Source of the DNA: Guillardia theta CCMP2712
Lineage: Eukaryota; Protista; Cryptophyta
Length of the DNA: 64,000 nucleotides
Direction: 5' to 3'
NCBI RefSeq assembly: GCF_000315625.1
Contig: NW_005434608.1
Location: forward strand, 1-64,000
The notes under the pieces are model-generated. The model ran no database searches. It was given only the letters and a program-made list of their open reading frames with translations, and had not been told where the DNA came from. Positions 23,601 through 37,200 of this stretch are shown piece by piece. Within the stretch, counting starts at the first letter, position 1. Every line of letters starts with the position of its first letter. Made by a program: the position numbers and the translations under genes.

Positions 23601-25147
23601 CATCCCATATCATCTCATCTTCTCTCCTTTCATCTCATATCATTTCATCTCCTCTCCTTTCATCTCATCTCCTCTCCTTTCATCTCATCTCATATCATAT
23701 CATCTCCTCTCCTCTCCTCTCCTCTCCTCTCCTCTTATCCCCTCCTCTCCTCTCCTTTCATCTCCTCTCCTCTCATCTCCTCTCATCTCTCATCTCATCT
23801 CGTCTCATCTCATCTCATCTCGACTCATCCTCTCCTCTCTTTTCATCTCATCTCCTTTCATCTCATCTCATCTCCTCTCCTTTCTCAATACTCTCCTCTT
23901 TTTTGGTGCTCTCGATTTCATTTCCTTCTATTTCTTCTCCTCTCTTTCTTTATTTTTTTTCTCATTTGTTTGCTCAATCTTCTTTGCCATTTTCTTCTGA
24001 TTGTTTTCGTGTCCCTCGTTCGTCAATTTGCAGCCGCGAGCACCTTCGGCACTAACAGCTGAGGCAACAAGCGGTGCTCATGACGGCGACGAGAAGTTTG
24101 TCCCTCCCAAGTTGAAGCATGCAGCCTCTGTGAACGACTTCGGTTTGCGAGCTCGGGCAAAAGAGGAGGACCAGGACGCCTTTTCTCCTCGCAGCGCCAC
24201 CATCGAGCGATCGAGAAGTCTCATCCTGCAGATGGCCAAGGTCGAAGGCTCCTCCACCCCCCAACCTGATCCGATCCTTTCAGCAGGAGGCACAGGAACC
24301 CCCCCGCTCGCCTCGTAGACTGAGCCCAGAGGTGACTTGCAAGTGAAGCAAGAGCGAGGAGGGAGGGAGGGCGCGACTGAGAGAAGCAGGGAAGCAGGGG
24401 AGCAGGGAGCGAGGGTACATAGACGAGGACGATGATTCCTGATGACATTGGTCGCTAAGCTCGCTGGACCTCAGGGCTCAAGGAGGCTCAAGCGGATAAG
24501 CAAGGAAGGCAGCAGGAAGGGTTTCGAACAGCCGCAAACATCCCTGGGGATCGTGGTGAGACCTGAAGGCCAGCTGGTGATGCAGTTGGAGTGACAGACT
24601 GGTCAAGGTTGGGGACATGCAGGGCTCCATGCGCCGGCACCTCATCGTGGAGAAGCTGGAGCGAGACTCGCCGGCATGGCTCAACGGAAAGATCAAGGCA
24701 GTCTCGCTCAAGCTCCCGCCGTGTTTGAATCGCATGCAGGTTGGCGACAAGATTATCGCGATCCTCTCAGCCGAGATGAAGAGCCCGATCCACGTGCGAG
24801 AGGACATGGACGTAGCGCATGTGCAGCAGGTCATGCCGCCCTTGTCCTTTCCCTTCTTACCTGAAGTCCAGGTGCTGGATGAGGGCCCGTCAAATTCCGA
24901 AGGTGAGCGACTCTTCTGCTCGTGCGCGTGCTCAATTCTGTTGCAGTGGAGTTGGAGATGAAGACCAAGTTTCTCGGAATGAGCAAAACCTACTTTGTCT
25001 CTCTCATACGCAGCTGAGCAGCGAGAGAGGTTGTGAGATGTGATATCACACTTGAGATGTGACATCACACTTGAAGCTGCTCCACAACAAGTTGCCTCCT
25101 CAACGACAGGATTGAAGCTCAATGAGAACAGGAACTATGTTGACTGA
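18180..25147 (+). CDS. Large multi-exon protein: EF-hands, coiled-coil/Pro-rich region, BIR domain and C-terminal PDZ (possibly more than one gene)
   Basis: EF loops DADRDGIITFNE and DVKGEGVLKIEE. BIR: RIKTFSNWP..LAVAGFVY..CVE|CKAQLATWE..DPIAVHALISPA|C. PDZ: SLGIVV..IVEKLERDSPAWLNGKIK|VGDKIIAI. Confidence 0.65.
18488..18665. repeat. Intronic TG/TA-rich compound microsatellite
   Basis: Repeated AATAGTGATTGTGTGTATGTGTGTATGT-like units. Confidence 0.85.
20620..20765. repeat. (TCC)n/(TCA)n microsatellite, probably intronic
   Basis: Direct trinucleotide runs that generate spurious poly-S, poly-H and poly-M ORFs. Confidence 0.9.
23062..23885. repeat. Long intronic pentanucleotide satellite (TCTCA/TCTCC)n
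   Basis: About 820 bp of mixed TCTCA/TCTCC units. Confidence 0.95.
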
Positions 25148-25471
25148 AGCTACGTTTTTCATAGCTCAAAGACAAGCCTTTTTGAGAGCCGGACTTTGTT
25201 AGTTTGCGATATCAGATTATATGCACAAGTATCAAATACATACAGCAAAAACAATACAAACCACGAACACGATGATCATGACACATATGTTGAAGTCTGC
25301 CTCAAAACATTCATCTTGACATCCTTGTTAGGGTTTCAACAAAGTAAAGTTCCTTAATTTCAGGACGATTCACTCTCCTTCTCTTCTCTACTTTACTCAT
25401 CTCATCCTCGAGCAGAGCAGTTTGATTGTCTTACATTCATTGTCATATAATCTTCAGCTTCTGTACATATC

Positions 25472-25898
25472 AACGCTCTCCCCCCCTCATGAGTCTCCAT
25501 GTGTCAGCATTCGAAACCTGGATTCAAACGACACAAGGAAGATGAAGCAGGCCAACAGCAGCACGCAGAACGAGCACATCACTTTCGACCAGCCCGAGCA
25601 CTCGCACCAGCACCTCCGCCCTTGCAGCTCCCCTAGCACATCTGCCTCCTCCTTCTCCATGGAGGGGCTCTGGTGTCGGGGTAAGACGCAGATGAAAGGC
25701 TCAACCTGCAGGGTAAAGTCCGGGGGCACAACCACTACAAGCTGATCACAGTCACACCCCTGATGAGACAAGCTCCTTCCTATCTGAACTCCACCCTCCA
25801 GCTTGTGAGGCCGGAGTCCCGGGTCGCTCGTCGACGCTGAGAGAATGTTGGGTGTATGCGCTATCTCCGTCACTTCATGCAAGTCCGCAGGCAGTTCC
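25472..25898. repeat. 427-bp direct repeat, copy 1
   Basis: Matches 27802-28228; one mismatch noticed (25877 A vs 28207 G). Confidence 0.95.
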
Positions 25899-27801
25899 AT
25901 CTGAGGATGTACAGCAACAGACACTACCGCGCAGGAAGTCATGATTACCCTGCTCATGACGACGATTGAGGGACAGCACAAATTGTACGGGAATGAAACT
26001 GCTCTGACAAGTTGATATGCCGCAGAAACAGTTCTTGCACAAACAGTTCTTACGAGAGCTTTCGGGGAAATCAGATGCTGTGGAGGCGTGGATGAGAGCG
26101 TTGAGCAGACAGATAAGCGTCGTGTTCCCAATCACCGCACCATTGCATTCCTCTGGTTCGAACTGCTTAGAGCGTTGGGGGAAATGGAGGGGGTGGTAGA
26201 ATTGAGGAATCTTGAAAGGGGGGGGTAGGTAGCAAAAGTGACCAGCAGGGTACCTTTATTGCAGGCTACCCACTAGGGAGAAATCGTATATTGTGGGTAT
26301 TGGTGGTGGGTACGTGGCATGGTCCCTTCCCTGCAGGTGGTGGGGTACATTGTCAAGCATGGGTGCTACATCCAAGCAGGTAGTAGTAGGGTATTCTTTA
26401 CTACAGAAACTTTTACTACAACAGCACGAGGAGATACAATAATAATGAACATGGAGAAGCCGTGTTGTAAATACTGAGGGGTGGTGATCTTAGAAGACAG
26501 GGGTGGGGTACAGATGACTTCCAGATAGGCATTCCGACTGGTTCCGACAGACTCTCTACCACCCTACCTACCTTTTCGGTCAAAGTGAGGGTGGGGTCCC
26601 AGACGGGAGCATGCCGAAACCGACAGGAAGCAAGATGGCTCCTGCAAATGACAAGAAAAGCAAGTGATGTAAGCTCTCAGGCTTTTGAGGGAACGGATGA
26701 TAAGGCGATTCCGCAGAGAATGAGTACAAGACAGGACACAAGAGATCCTGGATAGTCTAGTTGTGTCGGAAGCTCAGGTCGCCATGCACATACTGCTTTT
26801 GGCCAATTCTGCAGGTGCTTGTCTGACCATAGCAAAGCACAGCCCTGAGCGAGCTCAACTCAGAAAGGACTTACGCTTGGTAAGGTTTAACACTCGTCGG
26901 TAAGGCTAGCCTTGATTATCAATCAAGTCGACAGTTGGAATCTAAATGGATGTACGTCACAATTGCCGGATCCTCGGTTGTCGACGGAGCCTACTGAGTA
27001 CAATCGACTTCCCTCGCTCCTGGTAGGATGAGGAGCAAAAGCTTGTCGTGAGAAACGAGAGCTCGCACGAGACACGCGACTGCTTGCAAAGCATACAGCA
27101 CATAATTGGATTAGTGTCAATATGATCTAATCTTTAAGGGTTTCTATTCTCCTCATTCGTTTACCAAGCTGGTCTAGTATCGCCAGTCAGATACAAACCC
27201 CTTGGTCTTCCAGCAACGGTACTCTGAGCTTTGGTCGAGTTAATATCGACAACTCGAGAATCTTGGCGGAATGACACGAAATTTAGCAATGGAATTTGTG
27301 CTGCAGTGAACCTTGTTTCCCTTGTCCTGCTTTTCCTTCCCTCTGCTCGTGGCCTGACAGTGTTCCATTTGGTAGATTGAAATGTAATGCCAAAATCGAA
27401 ATATCTTTGTGAAAATTCGGATGGAAAACATCTTTGGCGATTGTAGCCGAGCCCCTACGATTTCACAACAATTGCCACAACAATCGAGCCGATTGTCGCC
27501 TATGAAAAACACATACTCCGCTGGCTCTCATAGATAGTGTTGTAAATGACGTGAATAAATGTGTGGGTCCGGTGTATCACAAAATGAATACAGGTATCGA
27601 ACATCTGATTGGGTACAAAGAAACCGACAGACATTGTTTTCATGCAGGACTTGGAACGAGGACATGCAAGCGAAAACAAGAAGGCCGATGAAGAGAAACG
27701 AATTTGCAAAGAACGAATTGGGCAACATGAACAACACAAGTCCAAGAACTTATACAGGTCTTTTATTAATTGACATCCGCTGTACAACCATCTATGCCCT
27801 T

Positions 27802-28228
27802 AACGCTCTCCCCCCCTCATGAGTCTCCATGTGTCAGCATTCGAAACCTGGATTCAAACGACACAAGGAAGATGAAGCAGGCCAACAGCAGCACGCAGAA
27901 CGAGCACATCACTTTCGACCAGCCCGAGCACTCGCACCAGCACCTCCGCCCTTGCAGCTCCCCTAGCACATCTGCCTCCTCCTTCTCCATGGAGGGGCTC
28001 TGGTGTCGGGGTAAGACGCAGATGAAAGGCTCAACCTGCAGGGTAAAGTCCGGGGGCACAACCACTACAAGCTGATCACAGTCACACCCCTGATGAGACA
28101 AGCTCCTTCCTATCTGAACTCCACCCTCCAGCTTGTGAGGCCGGAGTCCCGGGTCGCTCGTCGACGCTGAGAGAATGTTGGGTGTATGCGCTATCTCCGT
28201 CACTTCGTGCAAGTCCGCAGGCAGTTCC
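27802..28228. repeat. 427-bp direct repeat, copy 2
   Basis: Matches 25472-25898, with the same minus-strand ORF tail ELPADL...HGDS*. Confidence 0.95.
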
Positions 28229-28580
28229 TGGTGGGCTGAGGACCGCAGCTGCATAATCAGAATATGTCTCTGCTTGCGCTGCTTGCCATGACTGCGCTAC
28301 TCCCGGCGGCCGTGCGGGTATCCCTGCAGGGATCCCTGGGTTATTTTAAAGGAAAAAAAAAGATTGAGTCATGGTCGTTGCGAAAAAGAGCTTTTTCGAT
28401 AGTTGCGATTACATCTTTACTTAACAAAACTGAGCAGAGCAACCCCCGCCTCAGCCTGTGCAGTCACAAAACTAAAATTTACTCACTATCACACTACGAG
28501 CTAGCCTCATTAGCGAGGCCTAGGAAGAGGTGAGGGCAGCATGAAATTGCTCTTGATGTCATTCTGCCAGGATCAACTCC

Positions 28581-31153
28581 ATGGCTGGAAGGGGAATGGT
28601 GGGGCTGCAGGGATGGCGGGAAAGAAGGATGGTGCAATGGCTGAGAGAGACATGCTCCTCGCATGCTGCGAGCTTGCAAGCAGTGAGCGGAATACAAAGA
28701 CAGGTAAGAAGAGCAAGACCTACCTCCCTAGGCCGGACGGGAAGCTGCGCCATGCAGATTCTTCACAAGTCGGAGGCATTCAGGCATGGACGCGGAATGG
28801 ACGGTGCTCAGACTAATCGCAGGATAGTCACGAAGCCTCAAGTGAAAACAGGGTTGTTTGGGATCAAGGGGCTTGAGAGGCCGGATGACTTTCCTAAGAA
28901 GGCAAAAGAGGCAGCAACGAAGATTGTCAGTCTGCGAGACCAAGTGATCGAAAGTTCTTCTCAGATTCCAGCAAAGCAGATCCTGACCCTGATGGATGAG
29001 ATCTCTGACTCGCTCTGTCTGGTGATCGATGCAGCCGAGCTCTGTCGCAGCGTTCATGAACACTCCGCGTGGAAGGAGGGAGCGGTCGAGGCGTACGAGA
29101 TCCTTGGAGACCTCATCTCGGAGCTGAACTCTGACGAGAAGTTGTACCGAGCTCTAGATTCTTGCGTTTCCAACATGGGAGCAGACGGACGAGCGTTTGA
29201 CGAGGAAGACGTGCGAATGGCGTGGTCGTTGCGAGAAGAGTTCGAGCGAGGAGGGGTGCACTTGGACAGAGCTGGCAGGCAGGAGATGATCGAGTTACAA
29301 GGAAGAGCCTCTGCTTTGCTCTACCAGTTTACGTGCAATCAATTCGACGAGGCTGATCCTCAAGTCTCTTTCCCAGCGCCTCTCTCTGACGCCTTGCCCG
29401 TCTGGATGAAAGGAAGTCAGACCAGCGATGGGCGCACTGTGATCAGTCTGAATCAAGATACCCTCCAGGGTATCCTGCAAGTCGTCCCAGACGAAGACTT
29501 GAGGAGGGAGGCGTATATCAGCTACCATCGGCAGGAACTCAGAGTTCGAGCTCTGGAGGAATTGTTGCTTGTCCGTCACGCCATCGCAAGGAAGATGAAG
29601 TTTAGCTCTTTCGCCGACTATGCCATCTCCGGCAAGATGGCTGCGTCACCCAAGGTAGTTGAAGACTTTCTGAATCATCTCAGCGAGCAACTGAAGCATA
29701 GAGCTCAACAAGAAATTGAGACCTTGAAGAAGCAGAAGCAGCATTACCTGGGCCTGCAGAGCGACAGCAGCCCTGAAATCTTTCCCTGGGATTTTCCGTT
29801 TTACTCCCGGCATTGTCGAAACCCAGAGCATGAGCTCGCTTGCAAGTTGATCAGAAATTTCCTACCGCTTGGTCGTGTCCTGCAAGGCATCGGGAAGCTT
29901 TTGGAAAACACCTTTGGAATCTGCATGCGAGAAGCAGAGTTAAGCGAGGGCGAGGGCTGGTCACGTGAAGTGAAGAAGTTGGAGCTGACGCTGTCGGGCA
30001 CTCTCAGTGACGAGCAGGTGCTCAAATTTCCGACGGATGATCGCGGTCTGCTTGGCATCCTCTACCTCGACCTGATCAAGAGGCCCGCAAAGCTTGGAGG
30101 TGCCGCTCATTTCACCATTCAGTGCGGAAGGCTGATGGAGGATGGGCATTACCGGCCCCCTGTGCTCGCTTTAGTCGGCAACTTCAGTCCCCCGGCGCAT
30201 TCGCAAGAGCCTTTGCTTAGCTTCGGAGAGCTGGAGATGCTGCTGCACGAATTTGGGCATGCGCTTCATTCAATCGTAGGAAGAACGAGATATCAGGTAC
30301 CGATGGCGGATGCCGGAAGAGATTTTGACTGTCAATCCTCAACAGCATCTCAACGGTACAAGAATATCGATGGATGTGGTTGAAATTCCTTCTAGTCTGA
30401 TGGAGGTCTCATTAGAGCCTCATGTCTCGTTGCCTGATCCTTGTCTCCCAGTACTTTGCCAGGGACCCGGACTTTATTCAATCTTTCGCAAAACATAACA
30501 TCACTGGTGAAAGTATTCCCAAACATATTTTAGACTGCGTTCTTCAGGAAAACAGCCGATTTTCTGTTTTAGAGACTGTTCAGCAGATCATCTATGCCCT
30601 GGTTGACCTTCATCTTCACACCCACAACAATGAGGTTGGTAATACACGGATGGACACAAGCGGCTGGTCTCGCAAGGTGGCGTACGAGGCGACAGGAGAG
30701 AAACGGTACATCCGTTACATCGAGGACTGCGACTGGCACGCCAGTCTATCTCATCTAGGCATGTACGGGTCAAACTACTACAGTTACTTATGGTGTAAGG
30801 TGCGCCCCTTCTGGTCTTCTTGTCCTTCCTCCTGTGGTTGTTCTGCTTTCAGACTGGATTGCATATCAGGTGATCGCTTCCTTCATCTGGAAGCACGTCT
30901 TCGAGCGCAACAAGTCTCAGCCGCTGGCTGGGCTCCCTCTTATCCTCAAATTTCTCAGGTGCTGCTTGAACCTCCGCTTCCTCCACCTCCTCATCTTCTC
31001 TCCAGCCACGGCGGTTCCAAGGACCCCAATGAGATGATAGGAGAACTCTTGGAGGACGTGCTGCACCGCAAGGTAGACGCCCCACTAGCAGAGGTTGAGA
31101 TCATCTTGATCTTTTCTGCAGAAAACGTCATGCCAGCCCATTCTACAAGATGA
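28581..31153 (+). CDS. MIPEP: Mitochondrial intermediate peptidase (M3A metallopeptidase)
   Basis: Arg-rich presequence; TGLFG..L..P..F; D.ISD.LC.VID.AE; K.GGAAHFTIQCG; zinc motif HEFGH; D.VEIPS.LME; HL..YGSNYYSYLW. Confidence 0.92.
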
Positions 31154-31224
31154 AAACGATGTGAAGCTGCTCTGCAGTGCTTTCTTACATGATCTGAAAT
31201 CCGTCGAAGACTAGACACAAGTAC

Positions 31225-34200
31225 TTAACCTTTTCCTTCGCCTGTGAATGTCGATGAATACGAGAGAGAGAAAGGGGGGGACAGAGGGAGGGAGGGAGGG
31301 AGGGAGGGAGGGAGGGAGGGAGGGAGGGAGGGAGGGAGGGAGAAGTCAAAGGCATCACCAAAGTCGTCCTCCTCATCCTCCTCGTCGAGGTCCTCGTCGT
31401 TGTCCTCAGCCACATCCGAAGTGAAGGCATCCTTGTATCGGTCGTTCTTCTTAATGTTGTAAGTGTCTAGTCCTGAAAGCTCCTGGTTCTCCAAGGCCTC
31501 GAAGAAAGTAGGATTGCCTTCTTTGATCTCTTCAACGCTTTCTCTCCCAATCCTGCGCGGAATCAGAAACGCTTTTACCATGAGATGAGACCTCTTCAAG
31601 ACGAGATGATACAAGGCTGGTCCAAAACTCCTCGAAATGATTTCAAACGAGAGATATATGATGAAAGAGATGTAGAAGAAAAATGACGGCGCCTTCGAAA
31701 ACTTGGTGACAAACATGGTTCCAAGGCCGCTCATCACATCCTCAACAAAGATCTTCTTGAAGATCGAAGGCAGCCCGAGGGCCGTGATGTCATCAGCCTC
31801 GATGTACCCGAAAAACCAGGAGCCGAACGCCAGATGAATCAGTGTTCCAACCGACATCATGTTGGTACAGAAGACAGCCAACTTCTCGTCGTACTGCGCC
31901 GGTTTCTTCACTGCCCTCAGGATGGCGATCTTATCGCACCAGTAGGCAGTCACGAAGAAGACAATGCCGAAGAAGTAAAGGGTGGGTATGGACGAGGCGT
32001 AAGTGAAGATGACAAACATGATGTTGAGCATGGAGCCATATCGCTTCGAGAGCAAGTACTCCGGGCCCTCATACAGCCGATTGAGCTCACGTTGAGTCAG
32101 CTTCCTCTCCTTCAGCAGCTGCTGCATCATCTGTGCTGGGGTCAGGACTAGTAAACAAGAACAGAGATGTCAAAAACAGCGAAACCAAAGACATAGAAAC
32201 CAAGCTCTTAGCCTCTTATCCTCTTAGCTTCATCTTACCACTGCCTGCGGCCATTTCGCTAATGTTGTCAAATTTGGCGTGAAAGACGCAGTGACTGTTT
32301 GCATGAAAACCTTTTCTCCGACAAGAGCATACCAATCGCTGTTTGTGTCTTTCATTGTTCCAGGCAAGCTTTGCAGTAGGTTCGTGATCCCCAGAGTCTT
32401 CTGCAGCTGAGGATTGACAACTGAACTCCACTCGCCGTTGACCAGCATAACAAGCAAAGCTGCGTCAGACACGTCATTTGACATCAAGTCACGGAACAAA
32501 GTATAACCTGTATTCACGTATTGTGCAATGAAAATGAATTTTGCGATCCTGGTTTCCAACCCGGATATTGTATGGGGCTTTGTGAAGGCCGCAAGAGTGT
32601 TGAGGATTCTCTCGAGAAGCTGATTGATAGCCAAGATGGTAACGACGGCTACGATGGACATAATCTGAATCAGCCTTTCGTTGTTGACGTAAGCTTGGCA
32701 GAACTCAGGCTGTGAAGGAAGCATGTTCCCATACTGGGGAGCACAGTAACACATCAGATAAGCTTGGTATATCTGGTTGGATTGCGAGTACCTGTATATT
32801 TGCTCAGACTGATCCTAGTTTACACCTTGTGCATTACCTGCTCCACATGATTTGTTCTTGAACATTCGGATCGTCAATTTTGGGACCATTCAGACACACC
32901 AGGTTTCCTCCTGCAACTTGAAGTTGACTTTGCTGGATTTGGACAAACAGGATGATGAGCAGCGATCCTATCAGGAGGCTGACGGTGATGGCATTTGCAA
33001 TCATGTTTCGCCCAATTGAATCAAGGCCGCGGTGCTGCAGGTTTTCCCAGAGGACGTTCGAAGGCTCCGGAGCTCGCTTCACCCTCAGATGATACTTATT
33101 GCGGAACTTCTTCACTTTGGAGTTTGGAAAGAATCTACTCAACAGTCCAGCTGTATACGCTTGAACACAATCTGTCTGGCCCTTGTCCTCGTTGAAGGTG
33201 ACAAAAGCGCAGATGGATTTGAAGTCTGACTTGGCTCGCAGCTTTATGATCTGCTCATCGAGATATCGCTGCCTGCAAACCTACCAGTTATTCGCTCTCA
33301 CACAAAGCAACTCTCACCTTTTCTTCATCTTCTTCAGTTTCTTTTGTAGAGGCTGCAATTTGTATCTGGGATCAAAGGTGTCAAATTTACAACAAGGCAC
33401 AAAGCGAAGGTGTAATTTACAGCTTCAACTTAGCGGTCTGAACTTCTATAGCGAAATCGTTTTGACCTCGCCTTTGGAATAAGTCTATCAGACGTCCGTT
33501 GTTCAGACCGATGGCTACGTCAGCGACTTCGCCATATCTCGAGAAAAATGCACGAAACTCTTCTGGGTCAGTGGCGTCTGTTGGAATATTTTCGACGAGA
33601 ATAGTATAGTCAGCAGCTGAGATAGTTTCATCGTCAAGAAGCTTAATGTTCCTGTCTTGAGACATCTTGAGAAACCAAGTTGCTCCTATCAAGATTACAG
33701 TGATAGCCAGATCGATACATGCCAAGATCAAGCTCAGAGTCTTCAATCGAATAGCAAAGCAAGCTCCAAAAATACAAAGCGGTGGTGAGGGAAGAGTTGG
33801 ATACTGTTGAGACCATCCGGTTCCTATGTTGCCAAGACTAGTACGGATCTGTTGAGGGACATCATTCCGGTTCGAGTACTCTTTGCCCCAGCTGTTTCCA
33901 ATCAATGAAGGAATGCAGATGAAAGCCATCACGGTCGAGACCACAGTCATGTATCGGAGGTATGAGAAGTACAGCCCTACACCTGTTCCTAATTGCCCCA
34001 AATCGATGGTGGAAGTCTTCCAGAGTGGGTAGAGTTGGACGTTATTCTTTCTAACTTGGTTTCTGTTCTGTTCTAACATGGCAGTCTTAAGGCTTGGTTT
34101 TTGCCATTCCCCGCCAGTATCATGAACGTACTTGGCGTTCTTCTTCAAGTACCTTTGGCGCTGCAGGGCGACGTAGAGCACAAAGACGATGACCGAGACT

Positions 34201-37200
34201 GAGATGGCGACGTTCTGCCTCAGAAGTTTCTGTGCACTGATGGGCGTGACATACTCAACGACAAAGCAGCTGTTCGGGTCACAGCTCTGCAGAGTCTTAG
34301 CCGAGTCGATCCCGTTCATTGCCACTGACATCTGGCACGACCCTGTGGTCTCATGAAACTGACCAGGGACGCTCGGAGGTTTGCAAAGCACCCGACTGGT
34401 CGCCTCGAAATAATGAGAACCGAAGACTGTGAACGTCTGTGACACTGGCGGTGGAGATTTGCACGGCAAGTCGTTGCAGAGCGCCTTGTAGGTGCACTTG
34501 AACAAGGAGGAGTTCCTGAAGTACTGTCCCGATACAGTGACCACTGCATTTGCGCCGTTGGCTGCGTTCCATTTTCCGTTCTGAAATTGAGGAACACTCT
34601 GAGCTGGCTCAAAGGTGGACTCGCGATAGAAGGTGAAGGTATTCTTCAACTCAGAGTTCTGATTGTACTCAACGGACGTGAAATCACCGATGCAGCCGCA
34701 CCTCTCAAAGCTGCTCGTACAAGGCTGGCAGGGATTTGTAAGCTTTCCCACAGAGTTCCTGAGGCAACATATTGCATTTAGTGAAACCTGAATCTCCGTG
34801 GAGTAGTACATGTCCTCTGACCTTTGACTCCTTGTCACTTTGCTGCCGTCAGCCTCGTACTGTTGACAGAACGGGCCTTCGGGGCAGCCACAAGTGGAGC
34901 ATTGGTTGGTGAATGGACACGAGATCCACTTGCTGCAGCCCGTCCAGGAGGGGTCAAGGCTCGAGCTCCCGTCGCAGTAGGTCGATGGAGTGCACAGGTT
35001 GGCGATAGACGGGCTGACGCATTTGACAAGAGAGTCGTTGAGAAACACTCCCTGCACGTCCATCACGATTGACGGATCGTTGACACCCACAAACCTGCAG
35101 GCGGGTTGACTTGGCAGCTGAAAGAAACCACTTCCATTGACAAACACCACAGTTTCACCCTTGGAAGGGCCCGAGAAAGGAAAGATGGAGTAGACCTTGG
35201 GGTTCTCATAGAAAAGAAAGAGAACGCTGTAGTCCTTGCCGAGACTGGGAGAAGTAAAGTCCACCTCGTTGAGAGAGACGGCAACATCCACGTAGCCAGC
35301 AAAGAGACTTGCCGGCGTCGTACAGATGACAGCTGTGTCTAGCATCACCACAGCCTCCACCACTGATCGACCGAACTTGCACTTAGGTGTGCGAATCGGA
35401 TCACTGAAGGCACCAAAGCCCGAGCCCGTCACGGTGACTCGCGTGCCCCCGTTGAGAGGACCTCCCGTCGGCTGCACCTTCAAGACCTTGGGATGTTGGT
35501 AGTAGATGAACTGCTCAGAAAGCAGCGATCGGAACAGCTGATTGCTCCTTCCCCAGTCTGTGACAGGCTGACCTTCGTACCAATTGGTGTAATGAGGAAC
35601 AATCTTGTTTTGAAAGATCCAGTTGGGCTCATCCCAGGGAAAGTAGGTCATGTCGCATCGGATGTTCTTGGAGGGGTCATTGGGTGCCGAGGGGTCAGGT
35701 TTGCTGTCAGAAGGAGAGATACAGAAGTTCCTGCTGCCCGCCGGCTCGTACGTCTGATTGTTGAGAGCGATCGAGATGCCGATTCCTCTCGTGTATTTAC
35801 CCGTTAGCTTCCCGTTGGTCTTCCAGGTGACTCTCTGAGCATTGGTGAGAGGGATTGCAGAGTAAGCAGAAGGAGACATGGCGACAATCTCACTGTCGGA
35901 TATGATTCCTCCTTGTGTTTCCACCTTGATGTCATCAATCGCCCAGTTATCATAGTCTCCTTGACCATGTAGCGCTTGCTTGAACATGATCCTCGTCTTC
36001 TGATTCCGACACGGCTTGGACCAAGGACATTGCAGCAATGGTTTCGTTGATCCAGAGCCAAATGAATTTTTGCGGACATATCGAACACCGCGACTATTCT
36101 GAAACAACTTGTGAGACACAAAAGTGAATGACTCGTACTCCTTGGTGTTGAAGACAGCCACTCGATTCCAATTCTGGATTTGGCTCCACTCAGGAGGTGA
36201 ATCGATAGGCGCGTATTTGATTTGGACGGTAAGCTGGACAGGAGCAGAAGTGAGGGCATCAGGTAAGAAACAGTTGAGAGCCCTGATCTTGTCCTGACTG
36301 GCAAAATTGAAGGGTGCGACAGTGCAGTTGACATGCTCTTGAACGGAGCACTCGCACTGGTTGGGGCATGGAGGCAGTTGGCAAGAAGTTGAGCTCACGC
36401 AATGACATTCCTGCATGAAAACAACTCGGGATCCTTTAGTAAAGGTCTGCGTGGGTGCCGTGAAGACTTCAAGCGGGATAATCATTTGGGACATTGTTGA
36501 AGGCTGCTTGTCCAGCGCTGGAATGCCTATTCGCACAAACTTGTAATCGCTTATGTAGTCAAATGACATCATGAAGTCTCTTTGAGAAGAATCAACCATC
36601 ATGGAAAGTTCACACTGAGGAACCACGTACTGGAGATAGGTTATATTCTTTGACAACAATGAATATTGGAGTGTGACTTGTGACTTGTAGGCATTAGGAA
36701 CCGTCAGATTGCTAACATTGTATGCAGAACAGACTGAAATATTGATGACGGGAACTGCACTACAAGAGTCACACTGCACATTCGCATGAAACCTCCCTGA
36801 TTCAGAAATTTGCAGCAAGGTAAGGTCGTCTGCAACGTCTGGAGCCTCGCAAGATAGCGGAGAGGTCTGATTTCCCCTTTTCACCCAGAAAGAAATGCCG
36901 TATCCCCGTGACAAGTCCATCTCCTTGGACACGATGTACCGCCCAGCAAGTGGAATCAGGTTAGAGCCAGTGAAGTAGAGGGATCTGCTCTGAACAGGCG
37001 CAGGTAACACCGTGGTCTGCCCGGGTAGGTAGGCGACATCTACCTTAAGCCGAGAGTTCTCAAGATCCATACCTTGACATTTCGAATTTGAAGCTACCGA
37101 TGTGCTGAAATCCCACATGGTTTCGTCATAAGAGTAAGGGCTAGTCTTCAAGAACCAGTCATTCTCCAGCACAGAAGCTTTTTGAGAGATTTGATCGTTT

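Noticed and set aside
22901-24062. Three overlapping 319-384 aa Ser/Leu/His-rich ORFs
   Set aside because: These are translations of the intronic TCTCA/TCTCC satellite.
25472-28228. LTR retrotransposon
   Set aside because: No TG..CA ends, PBS, PPT, TSD or gag/pol in either orientation. The CTGATGA at ~25760 lacks the rest of a hammerhead core.
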